Shown: positions 37,470 through 48,471, counted from the first letter of the stretch. The stretch: DNA of 64,000 nt from Chitinispirillaceae bacterium (GCA_050304135.1 JBNLDC010000063.1:12176-76175), one strand, 5' to 3'. Notes: generated from the letters alone by a model not told the origin. A program made the numbers and translations.

Positions 37470-40178
37470 TCAGCGGAAAACCGGAACCTGCCGCGTAACA
37501 TGCCCGTCACTAGTTGACAGTCGAAGAATTACCGACCGACTGCCGATAACGGCACCGCCATCAGTCGCACCGTTCCAGACCACCGAATGCTGCCCGCTGC
37601 CGATATTCCCCTGGCAGAGGGTACCGAGTTTCATTCCATTGAGATCAAACAATTCAAGTGTCACCACCCTGCGGCTACCGATGGAAAACCGGATCGGCCT
37701 GCCCGGAGAGAGTGTCTGAGTCGGCAGTGCCGTCGCAGCTGCAGGCTGCCGGTGTACCTGCAGAGAGGCCACCGTGGTATCCTTGAAAACCTCAATCTGC
37801 AACCCTTCTCTGATGGTAATGGGCGATGCCAGTGTCACGTGGATATTTTTTTCAAAACCGCTCCCCTCTGCCGCCGAGGATACCCCTGCCACCGGCGATC
37901 CGCCATTCGTCAGTTTGACGTAGAGCGGTGCGCCTGATTCAGCATTGTTTTTCAGAACAATTTCTTTTATGATCACACCGTTATCGAACGCGATGGTCAT
38001 TTTCTGGGTACGCTTGGGAGCAGCGGGATCACTGTTCTCATCGTAGTTGAGGGTACCCATTCCTTTCGGGTTGAGCAGTACGGCATTCGTGATTTTCTTT
38101 CCCATCGACGTCGGAATATTGGGCCGGATCCAGAGGCGGTTATGTGCATTGTCAATCAGGTATCCCGTCATCTGGAAATAGGAGCGCCAGACACACGGCG
38201 CCGTCATGTAGCTGGCATATTCGCTGTTTGATTTCTGAAGTGTCTGCCAGAACACAAACCCGGGATTCCCGGTATAGTAGAAGTCATAATCCCACTTGTG
38301 CACCTCCATACCCATATCCGGATTCCCGATGCTGATGGCGGCTCCGCCGAAATGGTCGTACCCGTAAAAGTGCCAGCGGCCGAGCCGTGACCGTATATTC
38401 GACATCGGGCTGTAATACTTGTAGCAACGGTCAACTCCTGTCGCCACGAAATCGGAGTCCATGACCGGTTCGAGGCAGAGATACCGCGCCCAGCTGTACC
38501 CGGCAACGTCACCTTCAGCAATGTCCTTGCCGGTACCGAAACCGGATTTGAAATAATCGGTACGATATTCAGTACGGCCCTTCTCGTACTGCGAACGGAA
38601 TTTTGTCGCAGTTGCGGTTTCACCGATGAACTCGGCCATGTCGGCAACCGCAAGATAGGCGGCCAGCGCGATACCGCAGGCATACTCCGGTGTTTTTTTA
38701 CCCGGTTCATCGTACGTACTCTCACTGTTTTCCGGAATACTTTTATTCGCCTCCGATGATTGTTGTATAAGACGTTCTCCAGTAGCCTTGATATACGGGA
38801 AATAGGATGTTACCGAATCTTTGTTTCCGGTTGCAAGCATCAGCTCATACGCTTTGAAGATGAACATGCTGTTGAGATCCGACCAGTGCCGTGTATCGGG
38901 AACCCACCAGTAATCATCCCGGTTCCACTGGTCCCACGGACAGACAAAACGATCCTGACCGGGACCATTGAAACTCAGGATACCCTTATTGAAATCATGG
39001 TGTATCTGTCCCTTGATATCTCCCTGCCAGGCGGTACGCCCCCAGTAAAGCAGTTCCTGCCACTGACTTTTCGGCCAGTTGAACGTATAGAAAAGTGCTG
39101 CATGTTCACCCTGGTCAATGGTTCCGATAATGCCGTACGTGCCTTCCCAGAAGGCAACCCGTCCGTCCTTGGGGCACTGAGAATTCTGAATGAGCGGATA
39201 AGTATTGTTGAGCAGCCGATCCTTGTACCAGTCAGGAAAGTTCGAAGCGAGCACCCGGTCAACGAACGACACCACCCCATTGCGGACGTAATCAAATTTT
39301 TCCATCCCGTAGACGGCAACCTCCCTGGAATCGGAAAAATTATTGTGATACCAGTAGTTCTCTTTGTCCCCGCCTGCCACACCGTATTTCGAATTGGTGT
39401 TTTCATATTTACGCCACCAGGAGAGCACGAATTTAAACCGAACGGTATCTCCTGCCGCGATGGTGCATTTTGCAGCAACCGCATTGCCGTTACCATTGGG
39501 AAGCGTTCCGTTGAAGGAAGCACTTACCGCACCGACGCTGAAGGCCGGAGAGGTCCCGTCGCAGTCTACCGTCAGATACGCATTTTCCGCACCGCTGAAA
39601 CTGATCGCCTTGTTGCCACTCTCCGCAGTTCCACTGTTTGCCCCGCCGAGCAGCCCGCCGTTGGCGAACTCCAGTGCCGCAGCAACATCCACTGCTTCAC
39701 CGTTGCCGTTGATTGCCATTACCTCGAACAGGGCCATAGGTGAGGTGGCGAGCTTGTAATTTTCCGGATCTTCACCCGGGACAAACGGGCCGAAAGCGTT
39801 GAGAAGAAACGTTACTCCGCCGGTTTCCCCGAAATCTGCAAAATAAAGCGGGCACCTCGCCTCTTCGTCGTTGGTTTTCGCCTTTGCTGTCGTAGCACCG
39901 TTCGCAAAAAAGTAGAAGCCTGCCGAAGAGGGTTTTCTGTTGGCGAATTCATTACCATCAGCTCCCGGGGGAGGCGTTTTACCGCTCACACCGAATTCGC
40001 CGGTTCGGGCGTTGAATTTAACGAACCCTGTCCCCATCCCGCCAAGCGGCGTGCCTTTGGAGCTCTGGAATGCCATCGGTCTGGATACCAGAAGCCCCAT
40101 GAAAACCAATAATGGAATAACCCTTTTATGAAATGCGAGCATATGCTTCTCCCCGGCTTGTAGAAATAGAACCTGCAA
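37470..40178 (-). CDS. GH116-like glycoside hydrolase (beta-glucosidase/glucosylceramidase family) with a C-terminal T9SS sorting domain
   Basis: 902 aa. Signal peptide, GH116 N-terminal signature (PLGGMGTGFVKF), a large catalytic region, and a C-terminal about 80 aa (LELFDLNGMKLGTL…VVWNGATDGG…) resembling the Por/T9SS CTD. Confidence 0.65.
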   Translation of the reverse strand: MQVLFLQAGEKHMLAFHKRVIPLLVFMGLLVSRPMAFQSSKGTPLGGMGTGFVKFNARTGEFGVSGKTPPPGADGNEFANRKPSSAGFYFFANGATTAKAKTNDEEARCPLYFADFGETGGVTFLLNAFGPFVPGEDPENYKLATSPMALFEVMAINGNGEAVDVAAALEFANGGLLGGANSGTAESGNKAISFSGAENAYLTVDCDGTSPAFSVGAVSASFNGTLPNGNGNAVAAKCTIAAGDTVRFKFVLSWWRKYENTNSKYGVAGGDKENYWYHNNFSDSREVAVYGMEKFDYVRNGVVSFVDRVLASNFPDWYKDRLLNNTYPLIQNSQCPKDGRVAFWEGTYGIIGTIDQGEHAALFYTFNWPKSQWQELLYWGRTAWQGDIKGQIHHDFNKGILSFNGPGQDRFVCPWDQWNRDDYWWVPDTRHWSDLNSMFIFKAYELMLATGNKDSVTSYFPYIKATGERLIQQSSEANKSIPENSESTYDEPGKKTPEYACGIALAAYLAVADMAEFIGETATATKFRSQYEKGRTEYRTDYFKSGFGTGKDIAEGDVAGYSWARYLCLEPVMDSDFVATGVDRCYKYYSPMSNIRSRLGRWHFYGYDHFGGAAISIGNPDMGMEVHKWDYDFYYTGNPGFVFWQTLQKSNSEYASYMTAPCVWRSYFQMTGYLIDNAHNRLWIRPNIPTSMGKKITNAVLLNPKGMGTLNYDENSDPAAPKRTQKMTIAFDNGVIIKEIVLKNNAESGAPLYVKLTNGGSPVAGVSSAAEGSGFEKNIHVTLASPITIREGLQIEVFKDTTVASLQVHRQPAAATALPTQTLSPGRPIRFSIGSRRVVTLELFDLNGMKLGTLCQGNIGSGQHSVVWNGATDGGAVIGSRSVILRLSTSDGHVTRQVPVFR

Positions 40179-40328
40179 TTTTCAATAATATAAGGTTTCT
40201 GTCCGTCATCATTACCAATAATCTGCCCTGGTCATTTTTTTCGGTCTTGAATCCATTTCTTGTGGGCTTTCAGAGGGAAGAAGTATACTCAGGTAACTGA
40301 ATGTCGTACTTACATCTGATTTCAGGGA

Positions 40329-41408
40329 ATGCCTGTGGCACTACGCGTTTTTTTACTGCTGCATCTCTGCCTCACTCCCGAATTGACATCCACGGCATTC
40401 AGCCAAACCATGGTCAAACCGACCGATCCCTGCATCCGCTACACCGGCAGAGTTGCTACCCGAAATCCCGCATGCACCCGTTTCGACTGGTCTTACATCA
40501 CCATTGAAACCCTCTTTGAGGGCACCTCCTGTTCGATCGGCCTCAACGCCAAGCATGATATTTACAGCGTTTTCATAGACGGCGAATTCTCGCACCGGTT
40601 CGCCACCGATCCGCAGATCCACCGCTATACGCTCGCTACCGGCCTCAGGGATACGCTCCATCATCTGCTGCTCACCAAACGCTATGAAACCAGCAGATAC
40701 ATCACCGAGTGTACCGGCCTCTATCTCGACAGCGGGTGCACGCTCCATCCTCCACCACCACACACGAACTACCGGATTGAATTCATAGGAGCCTCCACGC
40801 TCCTCGGCTACGGTAACGAATCAACAAGATCAAAATGTGAATCCGTCCACAACCATTCGAATACCTACTACTCCTATGGCCCGGTAACCGCCCGCCTGAT
40901 TGGTGCGGAATGTTCCATACTCGCCATTACCCGGCGCGGACTGGTGAGGAATTACCATTCACCCTTCCTCACTTCCTTCAAGCCGTTCGAGTACTATTAC
41001 CACAAAACGCTCTGGAATGATTCCCTTGGACCGAAGTGGGATTTCTCCGTCTGGATACCGAATGTGGTCGTCATCACCCTCGGTACCAATGATTTCTCAA
41101 CCCGGCCACATCCACCGGAGGCACTCTTCGCCAACCGGCTGTTCGCCTTTACCCGCGAACTCTACCGGCTCTACCCCGGCGTCCACATAGTACTCCTGAG
41201 TCCGCCCGCTGATCCGCTCTGCAGCCGGATGAGTGACTTTGCACAACGGGAACAACAGGAAGGAAACCGGAAGATCTCATTTCTGGCCTACAATCGGTTT
41301 CCCGACTGGCACCGCGGCTGTGACTGGCACCCGGATGTGAAAGCGCACCGGAAAATCGCCGAAGAACTTGCCGCGCATATCCGTCCGCTGCTGGAGCATT
41401 CACCGTAA
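40329..41408 (+). CDS. carbohydrate esterase: SGNH/GDSL hydrolase with an N-terminal beta-sandwich domain (CE2-like acetyl-xylan esterase)
   Basis: 359 aa. Signal peptide. SGNH block I (IEFIGASTLLGYG), block III (VVVITLGTNDF), and a catalytic His near the C-terminus (DWHPDVKAH). Confidence 0.6.
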   Translation: MPVALRVFLLLHLCLTPELTSTAFSQTMVKPTDPCIRYTGRVATRNPACTRFDWSYITIETLFEGTSCSIGLNAKHDIYSVFIDGEFSHRFATDPQIHRYTLATGLRDTLHHLLLTKRYETSRYITECTGLYLDSGCTLHPPPPHTNYRIEFIGASTLLGYGNESTRSKCESVHNHSNTYYSYGPVTARLIGAECSILAITRRGLVRNYHSPFLTSFKPFEYYYHKTLWNDSLGPKWDFSVWIPNVVVITLGTNDFSTRPHPPEALFANRLFAFTRELYRLYPGVHIVLLSPPADPLCSRMSDFAQREQQEGNRKISFLAYNRFPDWHRGCDWHPDVKAHRKIAEELAAHIRPLLEHSP

Positions 41409-41452
41409 CCGTTGCGCTTTCGTCAGTACTACCCATCCAGTATTTTCCACCC

Positions 41453-42427
41453 ATGCCCTGTATCGAAAAAAGCAGTTTTAATCCGCCGTTTTTTCTCCGC
41501 AACCCGCATCTGCAAACGCTCTTTCCGCAGAAAGCGAGAAAAGTAAAAGGGATAACCTATACCCGCCGCCGAATCGACACCCCCGATGGCGACTTTCTCG
41601 ACCTTGACTGGTCGGAACAGGATCGGTCCCGTTGCGCGCTGCTTTTTCACGGCCTGGAGGGGCATAGTTACCGGCCGTATATGCTCGGTATGGTCCGCGC
41701 GCTCAACCAGGCGGGGTGGGATACGGTTTCCGTCAACCTGCGCGGCTGCAGTGGTGAACCAAACCTGCTTGCAAGGGCATATCATCAGGGATCCAGCGAC
41801 GATGTCGCCACCGCCGTCGGTCATGTTGCGGAAAAAGCGTATTCTTCTCTGGTACTGATCGGTTTCAGCCTGGGCGCCAATATCGTACTGAAGTATCTGG
41901 GAGAACCGCAATGGGATAAACCGCTGTCACTCCGCGGAGCGGTAGCAGTATCAGCCCCCTGCGATGTATCCTCCTGCGCCGCGAACATCGAACGCCCTGA
42001 AAACCGAGGCTATCTCCGGTACTTTATTACCATGCTCACCGAAAAAGTAATCGCGAAACACCACCCGTTCCCCGAACAACTCCCGATTGACGCCATACGT
42101 GAAATCAGGAATTTCACCGAGTTTGACAACCGGTATACCGCACCCCTCAATGGATTCGCCAACGCTCAGGAGTACTGGGAGCAGACATCATCATTGCCGC
42201 TGCTGCCGGCAATCACGGTCCCGACACTGCTGCTGAGTGCCGCCGATGATCCGATACTTACCCCGCAGTGTTTCCCTCGGGAACTCGCACGCTCCCACCG
42301 GTTCCTTACCCTCGAGGCGCCTCGGTTCGGTGGTCATGTCGGGTTTCTGGGACAGGGGCGCGGCGGAAACTACTGGCACGAATTGCGGACCCGTGCGTTT
42401 CTGGACTCATGCGGAGCGCCGTCGTAA
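41453..42427 (+). CDS. alpha/beta-fold hydrolase, YheT/ABHD-like
   Basis: 324 aa. HGLEG motif and a nucleophile elbow (GFSLGAN). Confidence 0.7.
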   Translation: MPCIEKSSFNPPFFLRNPHLQTLFPQKARKVKGITYTRRRIDTPDGDFLDLDWSEQDRSRCALLFHGLEGHSYRPYMLGMVRALNQAGWDTVSVNLRGCSGEPNLLARAYHQGSSDDVATAVGHVAEKAYSSLVLIGFSLGANIVLKYLGEPQWDKPLSLRGAVAVSAPCDVSSCAANIERPENRGYLRYFITMLTEKVIAKHHPFPEQLPIDAIREIRNFTEFDNRYTAPLNGFANAQEYWEQTSSLPLLPAITVPTLLLSAADDPILTPQCFPRELARSHRFLTLEAPRFGGHVGFLGQGRGGNYWHELRTRAFLDSCGAPS

Positions 42428-42586
42428 CCACCGTTTCCTGACCGTTGTCTTCGAATACCACCGAACCAATTGTTTTCCCGGCAGTTCTGCAACTATTTTG
42501 CAAAAGGTCCGCCACCTGATTTTTTTCGGACATAATGATACAATACCAATCTGAACTATCACCAAAGTGCCACCAGAGGAACCAGC

Positions 42587-43363
42587 ATGACGTTAGCAGA
42601 GATGATCATCGCCAACCGGGAAAAACTGGGACTCTCCCGGAAGGAATTCGCTGAAACGTGTTCACTTCCGGTTGAACTGATAAGTTACATTGAAGAACCG
42701 CAGCGCTTAGAGGAACAACTCATTGAACAGTGCGCCGGTGCACTCGACATGAAAGTTCCCGTCTTTACCGGCGAGGAGCAACCGGAGCCGACCTTCGAGG
42801 AAAAGCTCGCCGCCACGATTGCCGCAGCCCGCTTTCCGAAGATACGTCGTTTTTTTCTCGCACCGGAAACCTGCCGGACCCCGGAGCATGCCGTCTCCCT
42901 TTTCGGCGAAGAACGGGTCTCTCTTGCGGAGCGGAATCTTATTCTCCATCTCTCGACCAGTGCGCTGTATCAGTTCTGCGACACGGCGAGTTCCCATTTT
43001 AAATTTGATGAATATCTCTTCAAACTGCACACCGAGCTCTTTACACGATACGAACAGCAGGTCGCCAAACTCGAGATCCCCGACGAAGAAAAACAGGACA
43101 CCATCGATACCGCGCGCAATTCGGTATTCGCCTGTGACACCATGGAAAACATCGCCATCAGAGTAGTCGAACCCTTTGCCGACGAACTTGAAGCGAAACT
43201 CGACGAGGGACTCTCCGGGCTGGAGGAAGACCTTGCACTCCCCCTCATCTGGGAGTGTGATGAGGAACTGATGCAAATCAGAATACTCGATGCCGACGGT
43301 GGGGTGAAAAACGAGATCAAGCTGCTCAAGGTGAAGGAACGGGAGAAAGCGGAAAAAACCTGA
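42587..43363 (+). CDS. helix-turn-helix (XRE-like) domain protein with an acidic uncharacterised C-terminal domain
   Basis: 258 aa; N-terminal HTH (LGLSRKEFAETCSLPVELISYIE). Confidence 0.55.
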   Translation: MTLAEMIIANREKLGLSRKEFAETCSLPVELISYIEEPQRLEEQLIEQCAGALDMKVPVFTGEEQPEPTFEEKLAATIAAARFPKIRRFFLAPETCRTPEHAVSLFGEERVSLAERNLILHLSTSALYQFCDTASSHFKFDEYLFKLHTELFTRYEQQVAKLEIPDEEKQDTIDTARNSVFACDTMENIAIRVVEPFADELEAKLDEGLSGLEEDLALPLIWECDEELMQIRILDADGGVKNEIKLLKVKEREKAEKT

Positions 43364-43477
43364 CGTTCACCCCAGTTTCTCCCCGGCCGGAGTATTTTCA
43401 GGCGTTCACTACCAATCCATTACCACACACTCCGCTTACTGATCCATAATTTATTTTTCTGATTTTGCGGGAATTTA

Positions 43478-44617
43478 ATGGCCGTAAAAGAACCGAAACG
43501 ATATTTCCTCGCTGTTGACGGCCTGCGACTTCTCGCCTCCATCAACATTGTACTCTTCCATCTGCAGGGCATTGGAGGGCTGTATGATATGCATCAAAAG
43601 CCGCTCTGGCTCTTCCGGATACTCAAAGGCCCCGCCTTTCATGCCAGTATATTTTTCATGCTCGGTGGATTCATTTTCACCATAAAATTCGCCGAAAAAG
43701 CGGCAACGTTCGATAACTGGTCGTTCCTTAAAAAACGTTTCTCGGAACTCTACCCGCTCCATCTGATTACCACCCTGACGATTGCGCTGTTGAAGGTCAT
43801 TCACCAGCTCCCCACCGGTGATCTCAACATTCCGAAACTCATATACAGCCTCGGCATACATCTTACTTTTCTCTGGGCATTTCTTCCCTTCAACACCTAC
43901 GCCCTCAACCGACCCTCGTGGGCTCTCAGTGCGATGTTTCTCTGCTATCTACTGTTTGGTCCCACGCTCAAGCTGATCATGAAGCTGCAGCGCAGGAGGA
44001 CCTGCATACTCACGGTGCTCGCCTGTTTCCTGCCGATACTCCTCTGGGGGCTGTTCTTCGGTGCATTGGGAACTCCGGGAGACCTCTACCCGTTTTTTCA
44101 TATCTTCGCACCGATCCGTTTTTTTGAATTTGTTGCCGGCATGGTACTCGCCCGGTTTTTCCAGCTTTCATCCAGACGCAGCACCGTATCACGTTTCAGC
44201 GGAATCAGAAACGACCTCCTGCTGCTTATTACCTTCGGGCTTATTTTCGCCAATCTCCACCTGCAGAAAAGCGACAACGGTTTGACGGTATTCCTTTCGT
44301 ATCACGTGCTGATGCTACCGCTTTACTTTATTTTTCTCTACGGACTTGCGACGGAAACAGGACTTATAGCACGGCTGCTCTCATTTCCGGTGGTCAGAAA
44401 AACCGGACGCAGCTCCTTTTATCCGTATCTGATTCATATCCCGCTCATTTCGATCATCTGCTATAGTTGCGAACACGGGTTCTCCTATTACCGCTTTCTT
44501 CATCACCCGGTCAATATCCTGACCTTTATTATTGTGCTGTACACCGGGGCTTATTTTTACGTCAATCATTTCCGGAAAAGGAAACCCAGCGGTCCTCAGA
44601 CTACCTCAAATCCGTAA
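43478..44617 (+). CDS. acyltransferase family 3 (OafA-like) membrane protein
   Basis: 379 aa, about 10 TM helices, with an N-terminal motif typical of acyltransferase_3 (FLAVDGLRLLASINIVLFH). Confidence 0.7.
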   Translation: MAVKEPKRYFLAVDGLRLLASINIVLFHLQGIGGLYDMHQKPLWLFRILKGPAFHASIFFMLGGFIFTIKFAEKAATFDNWSFLKKRFSELYPLHLITTLTIALLKVIHQLPTGDLNIPKLIYSLGIHLTFLWAFLPFNTYALNRPSWALSAMFLCYLLFGPTLKLIMKLQRRRTCILTVLACFLPILLWGLFFGALGTPGDLYPFFHIFAPIRFFEFVAGMVLARFFQLSSRRSTVSRFSGIRNDLLLLITFGLIFANLHLQKSDNGLTVFLSYHVLMLPLYFIFLYGLATETGLIARLLSFPVVRKTGRSSFYPYLIHIPLISIICYSCEHGFSYYRFLHHPVNILTFIIVLYTGAYFYVNHFRKRKPSGPQTTSNP

Positions 44618-44745
44618 ACAATCCATTATAAATAATGTTTCAAAAATGCACAATCAGGTAATGGTTTTCTCCATTGCCCCCCACTCAGCCGAAATCCATT
44701 TTAGTTTAGTAGCGTATACCATCACATCATCACCGGTACCAAACC

Positions 44746-46545
44746 ATGGCCCCACACCACTCCTATACCCTCCGCTGCAAAATCTCCGGAGAAGCAGGCG
44801 ACGGTATCATGACCGCCGGGGAGCTGTTGATGAGAACCGCAGCCCGGCAGGGGGTCGAAACATCGGTCGCCAAGAGTTTCCCGTCAAACATCCGCGGTGG
44901 CTATGCACAATCACTGATCACCATTTCCGAAGTACCGATCATTTCCCCACTGGGCGACTGCGCCATACTGTTCACACTGAGCACCGACGCATTTCTCCTC
45001 GACACGGCCGACCTGCAGCCCGATACGCTGGTGCTTGCAGAGACAACCCTGCTCACTGATCCTGAATGTTCAAAGCGTGAGCAGCAACTGCTCGAAAACG
45101 GCATCACGGTTTACTGTGTTCCGGTAAAACAACTGGCACGGGAAACCGCCGGCAGTTGCACGCTCAGATCGACCGTCGCGACCGGCATTGTTGCCATGCT
45201 GACAGGAATCAGCAAGGAACTGCTCGGCACTTCTCTCACCGAACGATTCAGTAGTAAAAGCCCTGATATAATCGAACTCAACCGGATGGCCTTAGAGTCA
45301 GGACTGCTCTGGGCTCATCAGCACCTTTCAGACTGCAGTCAGTTTCGGCTCCCAGCAGTTCCCCCGCAAACACAACCGGACAATCGCCTCATACTTGACG
45401 GCAACCTTGCAGTGGCACTCGGTGCGCTGCAGGCGGGATGTACCTTTTACGCCTCGTACCCGATCACTCCGGCAACCCCGATCGGCGAGGTCCTCGCCCG
45501 GGAGCTTCCGGACCGGGGGGGCTTCGCCTATCAGGCGGAGGATGAGATTGCCGCCCTCGGAACAGTGATTGGAGCCTCCTTTTGCGGCGCCAAAGCGATG
45601 ACCGCCACTTCCGGACCGGGACTCTCACTTATGCAGGAATTCATCGGCTACGCCTCGATGGTGGAACTGCCGGTCGTTATTGTGGATGTGCAGCGTGCAG
45701 GCCCCTCCACCGGTATGCCGACCAAGCACTCTCAGGACGATCTTCACGCTGCCATTTTCGGTGGGCACGGCGAAGGCCAGCGTATCGTCATTGCACCCCG
45801 GAGTGTCGAAGAGTGCTTCGGTACAACGGTTACCGCATTCAACTGTGCGGAGCGCTATCAGTGTCCGGTCATTCTGCTCAGTGACTCCACCCTCGGGATG
45901 ACGGGAACAACGGTCGCCCGGGCGGCGCTTGAAAACCATCCGGTTGTCAACCGGTCGCAGCTTCCGGACGACACTGCAGTCACCGACTACCGACGTTACC
46001 GGCAGGATCATTCCGGAGAAATGCTTATGGCAACTCCCGGAATTTCACCCGTTTCCTACCGTGCAACCGGTGTGGAACACGGTGAAGATTCAACGCCGGT
46101 TACCACTCCCGCAGGGCGTACTGCCCGGATGCAGCAGCGGCATGACAAAACGGCATCCATTGAACAGGATTTTCCTGAACCGGTTTTTCTTGACGACGAA
46201 CAGTCAGACGACGAAGCGATCGACATCGCGGTGTGTTCCTGGGGACTGACCGCTTCGGTCTGCCGCGAAGCAGTAGCATCGTTGCGACGGCAGGGAATCC
46301 GGGTCGGTGCGATCTACCCGCTACTGCTCTTCCCCGTCTGTACCGCTGCGATCAACCGGTGGGCAAAGCGGTGCGCCACACAGGTGGTGATCGAAGCCAA
46401 CCACACGGGGCAGTACGGACTGCTGCTCAGGATGTTTACCGATGCACGACCGTTTTCGGTGACTCAGGCGAGCGGGGAACCTTTTCTGCCCGGAGTAATC
46501 GAACGTCGGTTGAAGGAATTTCTTCCTGCAAAGGAGCACTCCTGA
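44746..46545 (+). CDS. korA: 2-oxoacid:ferredoxin oxidoreductase alpha subunit (KorA-type, fused alpha/gamma-like)
   Basis: 599 aa, with KorA/PorA-like conserved blocks. Its stop overlaps the start of the beta subunit (TGATG). Confidence 0.8.
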   Translation: MAPHHSYTLRCKISGEAGDGIMTAGELLMRTAARQGVETSVAKSFPSNIRGGYAQSLITISEVPIISPLGDCAILFTLSTDAFLLDTADLQPDTLVLAETTLLTDPECSKREQQLLENGITVYCVPVKQLARETAGSCTLRSTVATGIVAMLTGISKELLGTSLTERFSSKSPDIIELNRMALESGLLWAHQHLSDCSQFRLPAVPPQTQPDNRLILDGNLAVALGALQAGCTFYASYPITPATPIGEVLARELPDRGGFAYQAEDEIAALGTVIGASFCGAKAMTATSGPGLSLMQEFIGYASMVELPVVIVDVQRAGPSTGMPTKHSQDDLHAAIFGGHGEGQRIVIAPRSVEECFGTTVTAFNCAERYQCPVILLSDSTLGMTGTTVARAALENHPVVNRSQLPDDTAVTDYRRYRQDHSGEMLMATPGISPVSYRATGVEHGEDSTPVTTPAGRTARMQQRHDKTASIEQDFPEPVFLDDEQSDDEAIDIAVCSWGLTASVCREAVASLRRQGIRVGAIYPLLLFPVCTAAINRWAKRCATQVVIEANHTGQYGLLLRMFTDARPFSVTQASGEPFLPGVIERRLKEFLPAKEHS

Positions 46546-47420
46546 TGACCTGGAAACCGCAGGACTACCGCAGCTCCATAAAACCGACCTGGTGCAAAGG
46601 CTGTTCGTATTACGGAGTACTCTCCGCACTTACCGAGGTGTTTGCCGCACGGCAGATCGCCCCCCACCGGCTGAATGTCGTCTCCGGGATCGGCTGTTCG
46701 TCACGTATGCCCCTCCTGCTGAATACATTCGGTCTGCATACGCTTCACGGAAGAGCACTGCCGGTAGCAATCGGTTCACGGATCGCCAATCCGGACATTC
46801 CGGCGGTAGTGGTTGCCGGGGATGGTGATTTCTTTTCAATAGGCATCGGTCACTTTGTCCATACGGCCCGGAAGAACTTCAACATGACCGTGCTCTGCCT
46901 TGACAACCGTATGTATGCGATGACTAAAAACCAGGCATCCCCCACTTCTTCGGTCGGCTACCGGGGATCACTCACCCCCTACGGCAAGCTCAGTGTTCCC
47001 CTCAACGTGCTGGAATTCGCGATCGCCTGCGATGCCACGTTCGTTGCCCGCACCTTTGCCGGGTCGCAGAAACACCTGCAGAAGACGATCAGCAGTGCCT
47101 TCGACCACAACGGTTTCTCATTTGTTGAGATCATCGCCCCGTGCCGCACCTTCGACCGCGATGTTTCACTGGCATCGCTCCTGCCGCGGATTGTTGATAT
47201 CAACAGGAATCACGGGCACGACCCCGCCGACAAGGAACGAGCGCTTGCGGCGACTGTTGCCACCTACGAAGATACCTCGTCCGGTGGTGATGCCGCGATT
47301 CCGGTGGGGATCTTCTGGAGATCCGATACCGCCACCTTCGAGGAGCACATAGCGACCGTGCAGAAACAGCGGCACCCCCAGACACCGATCGGGTCCGTTT
47401 TTGAAAAATATTCGCTTTAA
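46545..47420 (+). CDS. korB: 2-oxoacid:ferredoxin oxidoreductase beta subunit (TPP-binding)
   Basis: Start set at MTWKPQDYRSSIKPTWCKGCSYYGV. TPP motif (VVVAGDGDFFSIG). The ORF track's long upstream extension is not real. Confidence 0.85.
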   Translation: MTWKPQDYRSSIKPTWCKGCSYYGVLSALTEVFAARQIAPHRLNVVSGIGCSSRMPLLLNTFGLHTLHGRALPVAIGSRIANPDIPAVVVAGDGDFFSIGIGHFVHTARKNFNMTVLCLDNRMYAMTKNQASPTSSVGYRGSLTPYGKLSVPLNVLEFAIACDATFVARTFAGSQKHLQKTISSAFDHNGFSFVEIIAPCRTFDRDVSLASLLPRIVDINRNHGHDPADKERALAATVATYEDTSSGGDAAIPVGIFWRSDTATFEEHIATVQKQRHPQTPIGSVFEKYSL

Positions 47421-47524
47421 TTACGCCTGATAATTTTTTCGATATATATATTACAGAGAGCCGTACGAGGTGAAACGACTCAGACTCCAGATACCTAATC
47501 ACCCCCTTACAACCGGAGGCTTCC

Positions 47525-48412
47525 ATGAAGTTATACCAGAAAATTTCGGCAGGCTGTTGTACAGTGTTGCTGCTTGCCGGACTTATCGTCAGCTGCGGTC
47601 CCAAAGGCCCGACCATCGAAGAACGCATCAAGACACTCGAAGACAAGGGTACTCCCGATAGTGTTCTGGCAGATATCAAAGTGTATCTGTATCAGGTAAA
47701 CTCAGCTAAAAAATCATCGCAGATGGGGAAGGCTCGCACGTATGGAGACTCCCTGAAAAAAGGTATCGTTGCCGCCGAAGCATGGTACGAACAGGCAATG
47801 CAGAGCAACAAGCCGATCATTGATCAGTTGCATAAATCATTCGTGGAACGTAAAGCGGGTCTGAGCGGCCTTCCGCTCAAAGACGCCGACAGCCTGCTGG
47901 CCATCGCCGACTCGCTCATCGCGAAGAACTGGCTGGTACAAGCCCGTACGAAACTCGAGGAGTTCGACACCATTATGGGCATCCTCGTTGCCAACGAAGA
48001 AAAAGCCAAGGAAATTCGCCCGAAAATAATCGGCACCTGGCGTGATGTCCATTTTCTTCAGGCGCCCGAGGAATCCGGTATGCGCTTCCATGCGAAAGAG
48101 ACACGCGTATTCAAATTCGGCGCCGACGGATCTTTCGAAAGCACCGAAGAACGGCACGGACAGACAACCCCCTTCCTCAAGGAAGACTGGAAATTCATCT
48201 CGTGGGGAACCTTTGATCTGATGGGCGACACCATCTACCAGTTCATTACCCGGGAAAAATGCACCCAGCAGGTCTACACCCAGAAAAACGTCAAGCTCAA
48301 CAAATGGGAACGCAAGGAAAATCCGACGTACGACTCGACCATCACCAACGGCAGCAAGGACCGGTTTATTGTTTACAGCGATCTGAAGATCGAGTTTAAA
48401 AAAAGGAGATAG
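47525..48412 (+). CDS. hypothetical lipoprotein
   Basis: 295 aa; lipobox (LLAGLIVSCGP); GGAGG RBS. Confidence 0.5.
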   Translation: MKLYQKISAGCCTVLLLAGLIVSCGPKGPTIEERIKTLEDKGTPDSVLADIKVYLYQVNSAKKSSQMGKARTYGDSLKKGIVAAEAWYEQAMQSNKPIIDQLHKSFVERKAGLSGLPLKDADSLLAIADSLIAKNWLVQARTKLEEFDTIMGILVANEEKAKEIRPKIIGTWRDVHFLQAPEESGMRFHAKETRVFKFGADGSFESTEERHGQTTPFLKEDWKFISWGTFDLMGDTIYQFITREKCTQQVYTQKNVKLNKWERKENPTYDSTITNGSKDRFIVYSDLKIEFKKRR

Positions 48413-48438
48413 GCTCCTGGAAACGGTTGTCTGACTCA

Positions 48439-48471
48439 CAGGAACATACTGAACAGTGTGTTCCTGTTTTT
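48439..48471 (+). terminator. rho-independent terminator after the lipoprotein gene
   Basis: CAGGAACA-(12 nt loop)-TGTTCCTG followed by TTTTT. Confidence 0.65.

Noticed and set aside
38760-39743. 327-aa plus-strand ORF inside the GH116 gene
   Set aside because: Antisense to a well-supported CDS; no motif.
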